From Alphaproteobacteria bacterium (GTDB lineage Bacteria; Pseudomonadota; Alphaproteobacteria; MPNO01): DNA of 64,000 nt. Shown piece after piece: positions 28,244-37,610 of this stretch. The first letter of the stretch is position 1. Every line of letters begins with the position of its first letter. The notes below the pieces were generated by a model that ran no database searches, had not been told where the DNA came from, and saw nothing but the letters and a program-made list of their open reading frames with translations. A program made the translations under genes and the position numbers. The DNA is taken from positions 1,664,001-1,728,000 of the forward strand of contig CBDFLJ010000002.1 in the NCBI GenBank assembly GCA_965248835.1, read 5' to 3'.

Positions 28244-29407
28244 GTGAAGGTCGGCAACAGCATTCTTTCGGGCTATGGCACGACGGTGTTCGAGGTCATG
28301 TCGCGGCTTGCCCAGGAGCATGACTCGATCAATCTCGGCCAGGGCTTTCCCGACGGCAACGGGCCGGCCGACGTGGTTGCCGCGGCCTCGGACTACCTGG
28401 AGAACGGGGTCAACCAATACCCTTCGATGATGGGTATCCCGCCCTTGCGCCAGGCGGTCGCGGCGCACGCCAAGCGGTTCTACGACCTCGACGTCGACTG
28501 GCAGCGCGAGGTGATGGTCACCTCGGGCGGGACCGAGGCGCTGGCGAGCGCGCTGTTCGGGCTGATCGAGCCGGCCGACGAGGTGGTGCTGATAGAGCCG
28601 CTTTACGACTCCTACCTGCCCATCGTCCGCCGTGCCGGCGCGGTCCCGCGGCTGGTCCGGCTCGAGCCGCCGCACTGGACCCTGCCGCTCGATGCCCTGG
28701 AGGAGGCGTTCTGCGAGCGCACCAAGCTCATCCTGCTCAACTCCCCGATGAACCCCTGCGCCAAGGTGTTCTCCCGCGGCGAGCTCGAGGCCGTGGCCGA
28801 TCTATGCCGGACCCACGACGCGTTTGCGGTCTGCGATGAGGTCTACGAGCATTTGGCCTTCGACGGCCGGCCGCATATCCCGATGATCACGCTGGAGGGC
28901 ATGCGCGAGCGCACGGTGCGGATCGCCTCGGCCGGCAAGATCTTCTCGCTGACCGGCTGGAAGGTCGGGCTGGTGACCGCATCGCCCGAGCTGCTGACCC
29001 CGATCGCCAAGGCGCACCAGTATCTGACGTTCACCACCCCGCCCAACCTGCAGGCGGCGGTGGCCTATGGGCTAGGCAAGGACGATGCCTATTTCGCGGG
29101 CCTGAACGCGGACATGCAGGCCCGACGAGACCGGCTGGCGGCGGGGCTCGCCGAGGTCGGTTTCGGGGTCGTGCACTGCGAGGGCACCTATTTCATCACC
29201 ACCGATTTCCGCCCGCTCGGCTTCAACGACGACGATGTCGCCTTCTGCCGCCACCTCACCACCGAGGCGCGGGTGACCGCAGTGCCGGTGAGCGCGTTCT
29301 ACCAGGAGGCCGATCTCGACCATTTCGCCCGGTTCTCCTTCTGCAAGGATATTGCCACCCTGGACGCGGCGATCGCCCGCCTGAAGGCGCATTTCGGCCG
29401 CGCCTGA
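28244..29407 (+). CDS. PLP-dependent class I/II aminotransferase (YbdL/kynurenine aminotransferase-like)
   Basis: INLGQGFPD, NSPMNP, DEVYEH, SAGKIFSLTGWKVG. Confidence 0.92.
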   Translation: MKVGNSILSGYGTTVFEVMSRLAQEHDSINLGQGFPDGNGPADVVAAASDYLENGVNQYPSMMGIPPLRQAVAAHAKRFYDLDVDWQREVMVTSGGTEALASALFGLIEPADEVVLIEPLYDSYLPIVRRAGAVPRLVRLEPPHWTLPLDALEEAFCERTKLILLNSPMNPCAKVFSRGELEAVADLCRTHDAFAVCDEVYEHLAFDGRPHIPMITLEGMRERTVRIASAGKIFSLTGWKVGLVTASPELLTPIAKAHQYLTFTTPPNLQAAVAYGLGKDDAYFAGLNADMQARRDRLAAGLAEVGFGVVHCEGTYFITTDFRPLGFNDDDVAFCRHLTTEARVTAVPVSAFYQEADLDHFARFSFCKDIATLDAAIARLKAHFGRA

Positions 29408-29423
29408 ACCACACGGGCCGGGC

Positions 29424-29453
29424 TTGACGCCGCATCGAACGCGGCGCTAGACA
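29424..29453 (+). promoter_or_regulatory. Likely sigma70 promoter of tRNA-His
   Basis: TTGACG (29424) then 18 nt then TAGACA, immediately upstream of the tRNA. Confidence 0.5.
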
Positions 29454-29464
29454 ATGCGCCCCGT

Positions 29465-29542
29465 GGTGGCTGTAGCTCAGTCGGTTAGAGCGCCGGGTTG
29501 TGGTCCCGGAGGTCGGGGGTTCGAATCCCCTCAGCCACCCCA
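29465..29542 (+). tRNA. tRNA-His(GTG) with encoded G-1 and C73
   Basis: G-GTGGCTG...CCGGG TTGTGGT CCCGG...GGGGGTTCGAATCCCCT-CAGCCAC-C-CCA. Confidence 0.97.
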
Positions 29543-29575
29543 ACGCCCGCATGGAGCAGCCGGGCCGTTGGGCCG

Positions 29576-29995
29576 CTAGCGGTCCAAGGTGCTGTAGCAG
29601 CCGCGGCCGACGGCAATCGGCTTGCCTTCGGCATCGGCGATCGCGATATCGACGACGCCGACGCTGCGGCCGGCACGCACCACCCGTGCGGTCGCGATGA
29701 GGTCCGTGTCGACCGCCATGCTCAGGTAATCGACGCGCAGATTGATGGTCGGGACGGGCCGACCGAGCAGCATGATCAAGGCGAAGTCACCGACGATGTC
29801 GATGACTGCCGCAGTCACGCCGCCGTGGACCTGACCTGAGCCCGGCAAACGCTCGAACCCGGGCTTGAAAGGCAGGCGCAGCACGATCTCCCGCTTCTCG
29901 GTGTCGGTCGAGACCAGCTCGAGCCCGAGAAAACTCTGAAACGCGCCCGCGGCCAACTGCGCGCGTAACGCGTCCTCGTCGGCGGCGCGCGTCAT
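29576..29995 (-). CDS. PaaI-family hotdog thioesterase
   Basis: VHGGVTAAVID, TINLRVDYL. Confidence 0.9.
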   Translation of the reverse strand: MTRAADEDALRAQLAAGAFQSFLGLELVSTDTEKREIVLRLPFKPGFERLPGSGQVHGGVTAAVIDIVGDFALIMLLGRPVPTINLRVDYLSMAVDTDLIATARVVRAGRSVGVVDIAIADAEGKPIAVGRGCYSTLDR

Positions 29996-30170
29996 CGCCG
30001 GATGTCCTCGGCGCCCATACAGGGATCCTAACCGCCGTTGGCGTCAGACACCACATCCGGCGCCTCTGTGCCCGTTTCGGCTTTGCGCCGGGCGATGGCG
30101 AGCGGATTATCCTGGCCGACCACGGCGTGCTAGGCTGCCCGCACAAGGACCGGTTGCGGAGCGATGGCCG

Positions 30171-31019
30171 ATGACGGGGGCGATCACGGGAATCGACCAC
30201 TGCGTGATCCTGGTGCGCGACCTCGATGCGGCCCGCGAGCGCATCGCCGCCCTCGGGTTCACGCTAACGCCCCGGGGCGTTCATAGCGATCACATGGGAA
30301 CCGCCAACCACTGCATCATGTTGCGCCGGGCCTATTTCGAGGTGCTGGCAGTGCTCAAGCCGACCGCGTTCAACGAACGCTGGCGCGGGCGATTGGCGGC
30401 GCGCGAGGGGCTCGACGCGGTGCCGGTCGCGAGTGCGGATGTCGATGCCGCACGGGCCGAGCTTGTTGCACGGGGCCTCGCGCTGCCTGACCCGATCGAT
30501 TTCTCGCGCCCCGTCGATCTGCCCGAAGGGCCGAGCGAGGCCGCCTTCCGCATCGTGCTGCTTGCCGAGTCGCAGACGCCCGGAGCGACGATGTTCGTCT
30601 GCCAGCACCTCACGCGCGAGGTGGTTTGGCGTCCCGACTGCCTCGATCACGCCAACGGCGCGCAGGGCGTGCGCGGGGTGACCGCGGTGCACGAGCGCCC
30701 GGCGGAGGTGGCGCCGGCCTACGAGAAGATCTTCGGTGCCGCGGCGGTGACTGCGCGCCGCGATGCGACGAGGATCGACACCGGCGCGGGTGAGATCGCC
30801 TTCCTTACCCCCGCCGGCTACGCCGAGCGTTTCCCCGGCGTCGCCGCCGATCCGGCGGCGGTCCCGCCCTATCTCGCCGCGCTCAGCATCGATGTCGAGG
30901 ACCGCGCCGCCACGGCTTCCTGCCTCCGGGAACGCGGGGTGCCGCACAGCGTGCTCGCCGGCGGCAGCCTGTGCGTCGCCCCGGCCGAGGCCTGCGGCAC
31001 GTTGTTCGAGTTCGTCTGA
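30171..31019 (+). CDS. Glyoxalase-like (VOC) protein
   Basis: IDHCVILVRDL, GTANH, FVCQH, HANGA. Confidence 0.85.
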   Translation: MTGAITGIDHCVILVRDLDAARERIAALGFTLTPRGVHSDHMGTANHCIMLRRAYFEVLAVLKPTAFNERWRGRLAAREGLDAVPVASADVDAARAELVARGLALPDPIDFSRPVDLPEGPSEAAFRIVLLAESQTPGATMFVCQHLTREVVWRPDCLDHANGAQGVRGVTAVHERPAEVAPAYEKIFGAAAVTARRDATRIDTGAGEIAFLTPAGYAERFPGVAADPAAVPPYLAALSIDVEDRAATASCLRERGVPHSVLAGGSLCVAPAEACGTLFEFV

Positions 31020-31058
31020 GCGCGGCCGAACCGTCCTTCGCCCGCCTCCGCGCCTCTT

Positions 31059-32051
31059 TCAGGTCTTGGACGTCGAGAATGTCGCCGGGTGGAAAATATC
31101 CTCGATCGACAGCGCGCGGGCCAGCAGCCCCTGCTCCCAGGAATAGCGCATCAGGGTCTCGATCTCGTGCCGGCATCCATCGATGCCGTACCGCCAGTAG
31201 TCCTCGCCCATGAAACCCTGCACCCGCTCCTGGAAGACATCGATCCACGGCAGGGACACGTTCAAGGCGGCGACCTCCGGAATTTCCGCCATGGCGACCG
31301 CCTTGGCTTCGGTGAACGCCTTCAGGAGGCTCCCGGGCAGCCAATTGTGCCTGTCCACGACATCCTTGCGGATCCCGACCAGATGCATGATCGGGAAGAT
31401 CTTCGTGCGCCGGTAATAGTCACGTTCGACCGCCATATAATCGGGCCACAATCGGCCGACATTCGGCTTGCGCTCCAGCCATACCGAAGGGGCTCTGGCG
31501 GTCATGAAGGCGTCGATCTCGCCGGAAAGCATCATCTCGGACAGATAGCGGTCCTCGGGGATCGGCGTGACGTCGACGCCGTTGTCCAGGCAAAGCGGCG
31601 TCCTTTCGTCGCGGCCGGGTTCTTCCTGCCCGCCGGTGCGCCAATGGATGTCGCTGTCCTTGACGCCATGCTCCTCGGCGAGGATGCCGCGCATCCAGAC
31701 ATTGGCCGTCTGCTGGTATTCGGGAACCCCGACGATCTTCCCTTTGAGGTCTTCGGGATTTTCGATGCCCCGGTCGGTGCGGATGTAGACCGCCGAGTGC
31801 CGAAACATCCGCGACGGGAAGACGGGGATCGCGACATAGGGGCAGATGCGGCGCGTCGTCAACATCATGTAGCTGTTAAAGGACAGCTCGGCGACATCGA
31901 ACTCGGCGTAGCGGAGCGCCCGAAAAAAGAGCTCTTCCGGACCCATCGGAATGAAGGTGACATCGCATCCGTCCACCCGGACGCGCTTGTCCTTGATCGC
32001 CCGTACGCGGTCGTAGTCGCCGCAGGCTATCGAGATCTCGACATTGGACAT
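31059..32051 (-). CDS. 4,5-dihydroxyphthalate decarboxylase-like protein (periplasmic-binding fold)
   Basis: ACGDYDR, FDVAELS, PVFPSRMFRH, GVPEYQQTA, FPIMH; no signal peptide. Confidence 0.85.
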   Translation of the reverse strand: MSNVEISIACGDYDRVRAIKDKRVRVDGCDVTFIPMGPEELFFRALRYAEFDVAELSFNSYMMLTTRRICPYVAIPVFPSRMFRHSAVYIRTDRGIENPEDLKGKIVGVPEYQQTANVWMRGILAEEHGVKDSDIHWRTGGQEEPGRDERTPLCLDNGVDVTPIPEDRYLSEMMLSGEIDAFMTARAPSVWLERKPNVGRLWPDYMAVERDYYRRTKIFPIMHLVGIRKDVVDRHNWLPGSLLKAFTEAKAVAMAEIPEVAALNVSLPWIDVFQERVQGFMGEDYWRYGIDGCRHEIETLMRYSWEQGLLARALSIEDIFHPATFSTSKT

Positions 32052-32223
32052 TGGTTTCCCCGATCGACTTCTCACCTGCTCTCGATGGGTTGTGCGCAGG
32101 CGCTTGGTCCTCCACCGTAGAGCCCCCGAGAATAGATTGCAGCCAGGCATGCGCCCGATCCACCCGCGGGAGGCATGATCGGCATTGACGGGCACGGTTG
32201 GGCAACCGGTGGAGGAGCAGCTC

Positions 32224-34542
32224 GTGGCGGAGGCGGGCATCGGCGATCCTGTCCGGAGGCGGGAGGACAAGCGCTTCCTGACCGGCGCCGCCCGCTATGT
32301 CGGGGATTTGCCGGTCCGAGACGCGGCCTCGGCCGCCGTCGTCCGTTCGCCCCACGCACATGCAAAGCTGCTTTCGGTCGCGGTCACGGCGGCCCACCAG
32401 GCGCCCGGCGTCCTGGCCGTCCTCACCGGCGCCGACGTCGCGGCCGACGGGCTCGGCGGCCTCGGCATACGCGGCCTGCCGTCGGGTTTCGGCGGCGCCA
32501 AGGCGCACTGGCCGGACCGGCCGATTCTCGCCAACGACCGCGTCCGCCACGTCGGGGATCCGATCGCGCTCGTCGTTGCCGAGACGATCGAGGCGGCACG
32601 GGACGCCGCCGAGCTGGTGGACCCGCGCTTTGACGTCATGCCCGCGGCCGCGGATCCTGCGGCGGCCACCGTCGAGAGCGCAGCGAAGATCTGGGACGAA
32701 GCCGAAGGCAATGTCTGCTTTCGCCACGAGGTCGGCGATGCCGATGCGGTAGAGGCCGCGTTCCGAGACGCCGCGCATGTGCTCAGCGTCGATATTCTCA
32801 ACAACCGGCTGTCGGCGAACCCGATCGAGCCGCGCGGCGCAATCGGCGAATACGACTCGGCGGCGGGCCGCTACACGCTGCGCACCAGCACCCAGACACC
32901 GCACCGCGTCCGCGAGTTTCTGGCCGATTCCGTGTTCCGAATGCCCGAGACGTCGCTTCGGGTCGTCGGCGGCGACGTCGGTGGCGGATTCGGCATGAAG
33001 GGACCGACCTACCCAGAAGAGGCGCTGGTCCTTTGGGCCGCACGGCGCATCGGCCGCCCGGTGAGGTGGATCGCCGAGCGCAGCGAGAGCTTCATGAGCG
33101 ACACGCACGGCCGTGATCAGTCCTGGCATGCCGAAATGGCGCTCGACGGTGAAGGCAACATCCTGGCCATTCGGGCGCGGGTCGATTGTGCTCTCGGCGC
33201 TTATCTTGTCGCGACCAGCCACGTCCCGCCGCTGCTCGCCGCAGCCATTCTGCCCGGCGCCTACCGGTGCCCCGCGGTCCACGTGGTTCTGCGCGGCATC
33301 TTCACCAACACGCCGACGACGTCACCCTACCGCGGCGCCGGCCAGCCCGAAGCGATCTTCGTGACCGAACGGCTGATCGAGCGCGCAGCCGCCGAGATCG
33401 GCATGTCCCCGGTGGACATCCGGCGCCGGAACTTCATCGCCGCCGATGCCATGCCGTACCGCACGTCGACCGGTCAGGTCTATGACGGGGGAGATTTCGA
33501 AACGCTCACCCGGAAGGCGATTTCGGTGGCCGATCATGCGGGCTTCGCCGGCCGGCGCGCGCAATCCGAAGGCCGCGGTCGGCTGCGCGGGCTCGGCATC
33601 GCCTATTTCGTCGAAATCACCGTCATGCATGGCGACCGCATGGAGATCCGGTTCGACCCATCGGGCGCCGTGACCGTGATCGCCGGAACGTTCTCGCACG
33701 GACAGGGGCACGAGACCGTCTTCCCGCAGCTCGTGGCCGGGATGCTCGGTGTGCCGGCCGATCGCGTGCGGCTGATCCAGGGCGATACCGATGCGGTCGG
33801 CTACGGGCGAGGCACCTATGCCTCGCGATCGATGACGGTCGGCGGCGCGGCGTTGCGGGGAGCGGCCGATGCCGTCATCGCACGCGGGAAGGAGATCGCC
33901 GCGCACCTCCTGGAGGCCGCCGAGGACGACATCGCGTTCGCCGATGGCGTGTTCACCGTCGCGGGCACGGATCGGTCCGTCCCGATCGCCGCGGTGGCGA
34001 AAGCCGCTCACGCTCCGACCGGAAACCCGACATTGGGAGTCGGGCTCGAAGGCTGCGGGACGTTCGCGCCAACCGCACCGAGCTATCCCAACGGCTGCCA
34101 TGTCTGCGAGGTCGAGATCGACCCGGAGACCGGATGCGTCGCGGTCGTGCGCTATACCGCGGTGGACGACGTCGGCAAGGCCATCAACCCGCTGTTGCTC
34201 GGCGGGCAGGTCCATGGTGGCGTGGCCCAGGGGATCGGCCAGGCGCTGTTGGAAAACGTCGTCTTCGATGGCCAGTCAGCTCAGCTCCTGTCCGCATCGT
34301 TTCTCGACTACGCCATGCCGCGGGCCGCCGACCTGCCGTGGATCGCCTTCGATCACCACGATGTCCCATGCAGGACCAATCCGCTGGGCACCAAGGGAGC
34401 CGGAGAGGCCGGCTGCGTCGGCGCGCCGCCAGCCGTCATCAATGCCGTGCTCGATGCCTTGAATCCGGTTGGCGTTGCCGACATCGCGATGCCGGCAACA
34501 CCGGAACGCGTTTGGCGGGCGATACGCTCACACGCCGGATGA
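32224..34542 (+). CDS. Xanthine dehydrogenase-family molybdopterin-binding subunit (CoxL form II-like)
   Basis: RREDKRFLTG, DVGGGFGMK, PYRGAG, SHGQGHET, GQVHGG, KGAGEAG; GTG after GGAGGAG. Confidence 0.92.
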   Translation: MAEAGIGDPVRRREDKRFLTGAARYVGDLPVRDAASAAVVRSPHAHAKLLSVAVTAAHQAPGVLAVLTGADVAADGLGGLGIRGLPSGFGGAKAHWPDRPILANDRVRHVGDPIALVVAETIEAARDAAELVDPRFDVMPAAADPAAATVESAAKIWDEAEGNVCFRHEVGDADAVEAAFRDAAHVLSVDILNNRLSANPIEPRGAIGEYDSAAGRYTLRTSTQTPHRVREFLADSVFRMPETSLRVVGGDVGGGFGMKGPTYPEEALVLWAARRIGRPVRWIAERSESFMSDTHGRDQSWHAEMALDGEGNILAIRARVDCALGAYLVATSHVPPLLAAAILPGAYRCPAVHVVLRGIFTNTPTTSPYRGAGQPEAIFVTERLIERAAAEIGMSPVDIRRRNFIAADAMPYRTSTGQVYDGGDFETLTRKAISVADHAGFAGRRAQSEGRGRLRGLGIAYFVEITVMHGDRMEIRFDPSGAVTVIAGTFSHGQGHETVFPQLVAGMLGVPADRVRLIQGDTDAVGYGRGTYASRSMTVGGAALRGAADAVIARGKEIAAHLLEAAEDDIAFADGVFTVAGTDRSVPIAAVAKAAHAPTGNPTLGVGLEGCGTFAPTAPSYPNGCHVCEVEIDPETGCVAVVRYTAVDDVGKAINPLLLGGQVHGGVAQGIGQALLENVVFDGQSAQLLSASFLDYAMPRAADLPWIAFDHHDVPCRTNPLGTKGAGEAGCVGAPPAVINAVLDALNPVGVADIAMPATPERVWRAIRSHAG

Positions 34543-34592
34543 TTCGTGCGCTGGCGGATCCGTCCGAAAAGACCGAACCAGAAGGAGATACC

Positions 34593-36137
34593 ATGGCCAA
34601 CACTCCTGACTCGGCCGACTTCGACGGCTTCCTCGCTGAGCTTCGAGCGGCGATCGGCGCCGACAACGTCAACCTCACCGACGAGACGCTGACACGGTAC
34701 GGCGAAAACACGCTGCCCGCCGGCGATCGGCGGCCTTCGGTGGTGGTCTATCCGGGATCGACCGAGGAGGTGGTCGCAATCGTGCGTTCGGCCAACGATC
34801 ATCGCGTGCCGCTCTACCCCGTTTCCACCGGGAACAACCAAGGCCTCGGCACGCGCTCGCCGACCGCAGCCGGAATGGTTGTCGTCGACTGCGGCAGGCG
34901 AATGAACCGGATCCTCGAGGTCGACGAGAAGATGGGTTTCGCCGCGGTCGAACCGGGGGTCAGCTTCCAGATGATGGCCGACGAGCTCAAGCGTCTTGGC
35001 GGCCAGTGGATGGCCTCGGTCACGTCCGGGCCGCCCGAAGGCGGCATGCTGGGCAACGCCATGGACAAGGGTGCGGGTTACGGCCCCTATTTCGATCATT
35101 TCGGGTTTTCGTGCGGCATGGAGGTGGTGCTCGGAAACGGCGAGGTCCTGCGCACCGGCGACGGATCGATCGACCATGACGACGACGACAAACTCCTCAA
35201 CTGGCATGTCTCCAAATACTCGTTCGGGCCGATCCTGGACGGCCTGTTCGCACAGTCGAATTTCGGCATCGTCACCCGTCTGGGGGTCTGGCTGCTGCCC
35301 CGGCCGCCGGCCATCCGATCGTTCCATTTCACCTGGCCGGACGATGCGGATTTGGCCGAGATCATCGACCTTTGCCGGCCGCTCAAGATGTCGAACTACG
35401 TACCGACGCTGTTCCGCGTCTCCAACGACCTCTACCTGATCGGCAGCGAGACATCCTCGCCGGTCTACGCGCAGAGCGGCGGAACGGCCTCGATCACGCT
35501 TGATGAGCGGCGGGACCTGCACGCGGCGTTCGGGCTCGGCGCCTGGACGGTCAGCGGCGCCTTCTACGGTCCGTCGATGGCGGCGATGGAGCCTCAGATC
35601 CAGCGCGTGCGCGATCATTTCGGCGCCTCCGGCAAGGCGCGCTACATCCCGCACGAGGAGGCCTTGGAACGGCCGGCGCTGAGCTGTGCGATCAGTTCCG
35701 TCTCGGGCGAGCCGACCACGATCGAGCTCGGGCTGCTCAAATGGCGCCCCGGCGGCGGCCTCGGCTGGTTCCTGCCCGGCACCCCGATGGACGGCGGGAC
35801 CGCAAACGCGTTCCAGGAACTCGGCCGCAGGGTCTACGAGAACCACGGTCTCGACTACACGGTGATGAACGTCGCGGGCGCCCGGTTCGCGCGCGGGCTG
35901 CACGTCATCGCCTTCAACCGGGAGGATCCGGACGAGACCGCACGCGCCGACGCCGCCTACCGCCAACTGACCGAGTTGTTTTTCGAACGGGGTGTCGGCG
36001 TCGGCAGAGCCGCCTTGGACTGGCAGGCCGAGCATATGATGAAGACGATGCCGTCGTTCCGCCGGACCTGCAACGCGATCAAGGCGGCGCTCGATCCCAA
36101 CGGGATTATCGCGCCGGGCAAGTACGGAATCGGCTAG
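34593..36137 (+). CDS. VAO/PCMH-family FAD-linked oxidoreductase (PchF-like)
   Basis: VSTGNN, VEPGVSF, CGMEVVL.NGEVLRTG, QSNFGIVT, LDPNGIIAPGKYG; RBS AAGGAG. Confidence 0.9.
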   Translation: MANTPDSADFDGFLAELRAAIGADNVNLTDETLTRYGENTLPAGDRRPSVVVYPGSTEEVVAIVRSANDHRVPLYPVSTGNNQGLGTRSPTAAGMVVVDCGRRMNRILEVDEKMGFAAVEPGVSFQMMADELKRLGGQWMASVTSGPPEGGMLGNAMDKGAGYGPYFDHFGFSCGMEVVLGNGEVLRTGDGSIDHDDDDKLLNWHVSKYSFGPILDGLFAQSNFGIVTRLGVWLLPRPPAIRSFHFTWPDDADLAEIIDLCRPLKMSNYVPTLFRVSNDLYLIGSETSSPVYAQSGGTASITLDERRDLHAAFGLGAWTVSGAFYGPSMAAMEPQIQRVRDHFGASGKARYIPHEEALERPALSCAISSVSGEPTTIELGLLKWRPGGGLGWFLPGTPMDGGTANAFQELGRRVYENHGLDYTVMNVAGARFARGLHVIAFNREDPDETARADAAYRQLTELFFERGVGVGRAALDWQAEHMMKTMPSFRRTCNAIKAALDPNGIIAPGKYGIG

Positions 36138-36149
36138 CCGATAGCAGGC

Positions 36150-37427
36150 CTATCGGTAGAGAGGGACCGCGTCGATCCGCCGATCGATCTCTTGGGTCAG
36201 GCGCCGATAGGCCGGGCCGCCGATGTCGCGAAACGCGCTGCGGAATGTCGCCTCACGCATCCCCTCGGGCAGATCGTGGATGTCGGGGAAGACGGCGCTT
36301 TCGTCGTAGGCGTCGGCGAGCAGGGACTGGAACCGGCGCGCGGCGGCATGCGATGAGACCGCGGTCTCGGCGAAACGGACCCCGGCGCGGCCGGCCGCCA
36401 GATCGGTGAAGCTGAACCCGCTGCCGCCGCCGCTGTCCCTGACCTCCTTCGCTTCGCCCATCAAGTCGGCGACGCGGCTGCCGCCGGTGAGCGCGAGACC
36501 GGCGGAGATGGCGAAGTGCCGGACCAGGTCCCAGCGTCCGGCCAGTCTGACCCGGCGGGTCCGCGGCCGGTGGCCGTTCAACGCGCCGCTGCGCACCGCG
36601 CCGATGACCTGCTCGAAGAGAGGGTCGCCGAAATAGACCGCAAGAGCCAGGACTGCCGCGCGGTTCTCTTCGATCGGGTCGCCGGATTTCGAGCGCTCCC
36701 GGGCATGGGCGAAGAGCGGGCGAATATAGGACATCAGCGACTGCCGCCGGGATTTGCGCAAGGCCGCACCGATCCGTGCGAGCTCGCGGTAGTAGGTCCG
36801 GACCCGTACCGGATCACCGGCGGCCAGGATCCGTCGGGCGCCCGAAATCAGATCCTCGACCAGCCGTCCGGCGGGTCGGTAGGCGACCGATACCGTCTTG
36901 CCGGTGACGGCGACCGAGGTGATGCTCCGAAGCACCTCCGCGCCCTTGCCCGGGCCGAGGAAATGGTCGAGGGCGAGCCGGACGGCCGGTTCGATCATGC
37001 TTGGCGGAACCGCGATGCTGCCCACCGATAGGCGCGAGATCACCAGACCGTCGGCGGAGGGCGCCACCACCACGCGCAAATTGACGAACCGGCCGAGCGG
37101 GTTCTCCGGCAACGGCAGGGCGTGGGCGAAGGCGAAGCGGACGCCACCGCGATCGATCGCGACATCGCTGCCAACCCCCTCGACCGCCGCGAGGCCGCTG
37201 GCCAGCACCGCCTTGAGGTCCCGTTCGCTCGCGCGGACGATGGCCACCTCACCGGGCGGCATCCGGCGCGGATCATGGCGCACCCACAGGGCCTGTGCCT
37301 TCCGCAGCACCTCGAAGGAGACCTTCCCGTCGGGCTGGACGATCGGATGCCGTTCGACGGCGAAGCCGATCAAGGCCAACGGGGGAAGCAGAAGCAGGCA
37401 GAATAGAAACACGAAGAGCGTGCGCAT
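36150..37427 (-). CDS. Hypothetical membrane-anchored protein with a C-terminal YfiM/DUF2279-like motif
   Basis: N-terminal hydrophobic anchor; DLVRHFAISAG..GEAKEVRDS..GSGFSFTDL. Confidence 0.7.
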   Translation of the reverse strand: MRTLFVFLFCLLLLPPLALIGFAVERHPIVQPDGKVSFEVLRKAQALWVRHDPRRMPPGEVAIVRASERDLKAVLASGLAAVEGVGSDVAIDRGGVRFAFAHALPLPENPLGRFVNLRVVVAPSADGLVISRLSVGSIAVPPSMIEPAVRLALDHFLGPGKGAEVLRSITSVAVTGKTVSVAYRPAGRLVEDLISGARRILAAGDPVRVRTYYRELARIGAALRKSRRQSLMSYIRPLFAHARERSKSGDPIEENRAAVLALAVYFGDPLFEQVIGAVRSGALNGHRPRTRRVRLAGRWDLVRHFAISAGLALTGGSRVADLMGEAKEVRDSGGGSGFSFTDLAAGRAGVRFAETAVSSHAAARRFQSLLADAYDESAVFPDIHDLPEGMREATFRSAFRDIGGPAYRRLTQEIDRRIDAVPLYR

Positions 37428-37610
37428 CGTCGGTCCCGGGCGGAAGGCTCTGGGCGATTGATGCCACTCCGAGGACGCCAGTCCAAGGCTCAAAATCGGT
37501 CAACCGAGCCGGCCATTGTCCGGCGAGCGGAATCGGGGCACGATCGGACCGCGGCTGCCGGCCCTGCCGGGATGCGCCGCGGAGGTCTCCAAAGGCAAGG
37601 ATGGTTGCCG

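Noticed and set aside
32224-34542. Aerobic CO dehydrogenase (form I CoxL)
   Set aside because: Active-site loop is PYRGAGQ rather than AYxCSFR; no coxM/S or accessory genes
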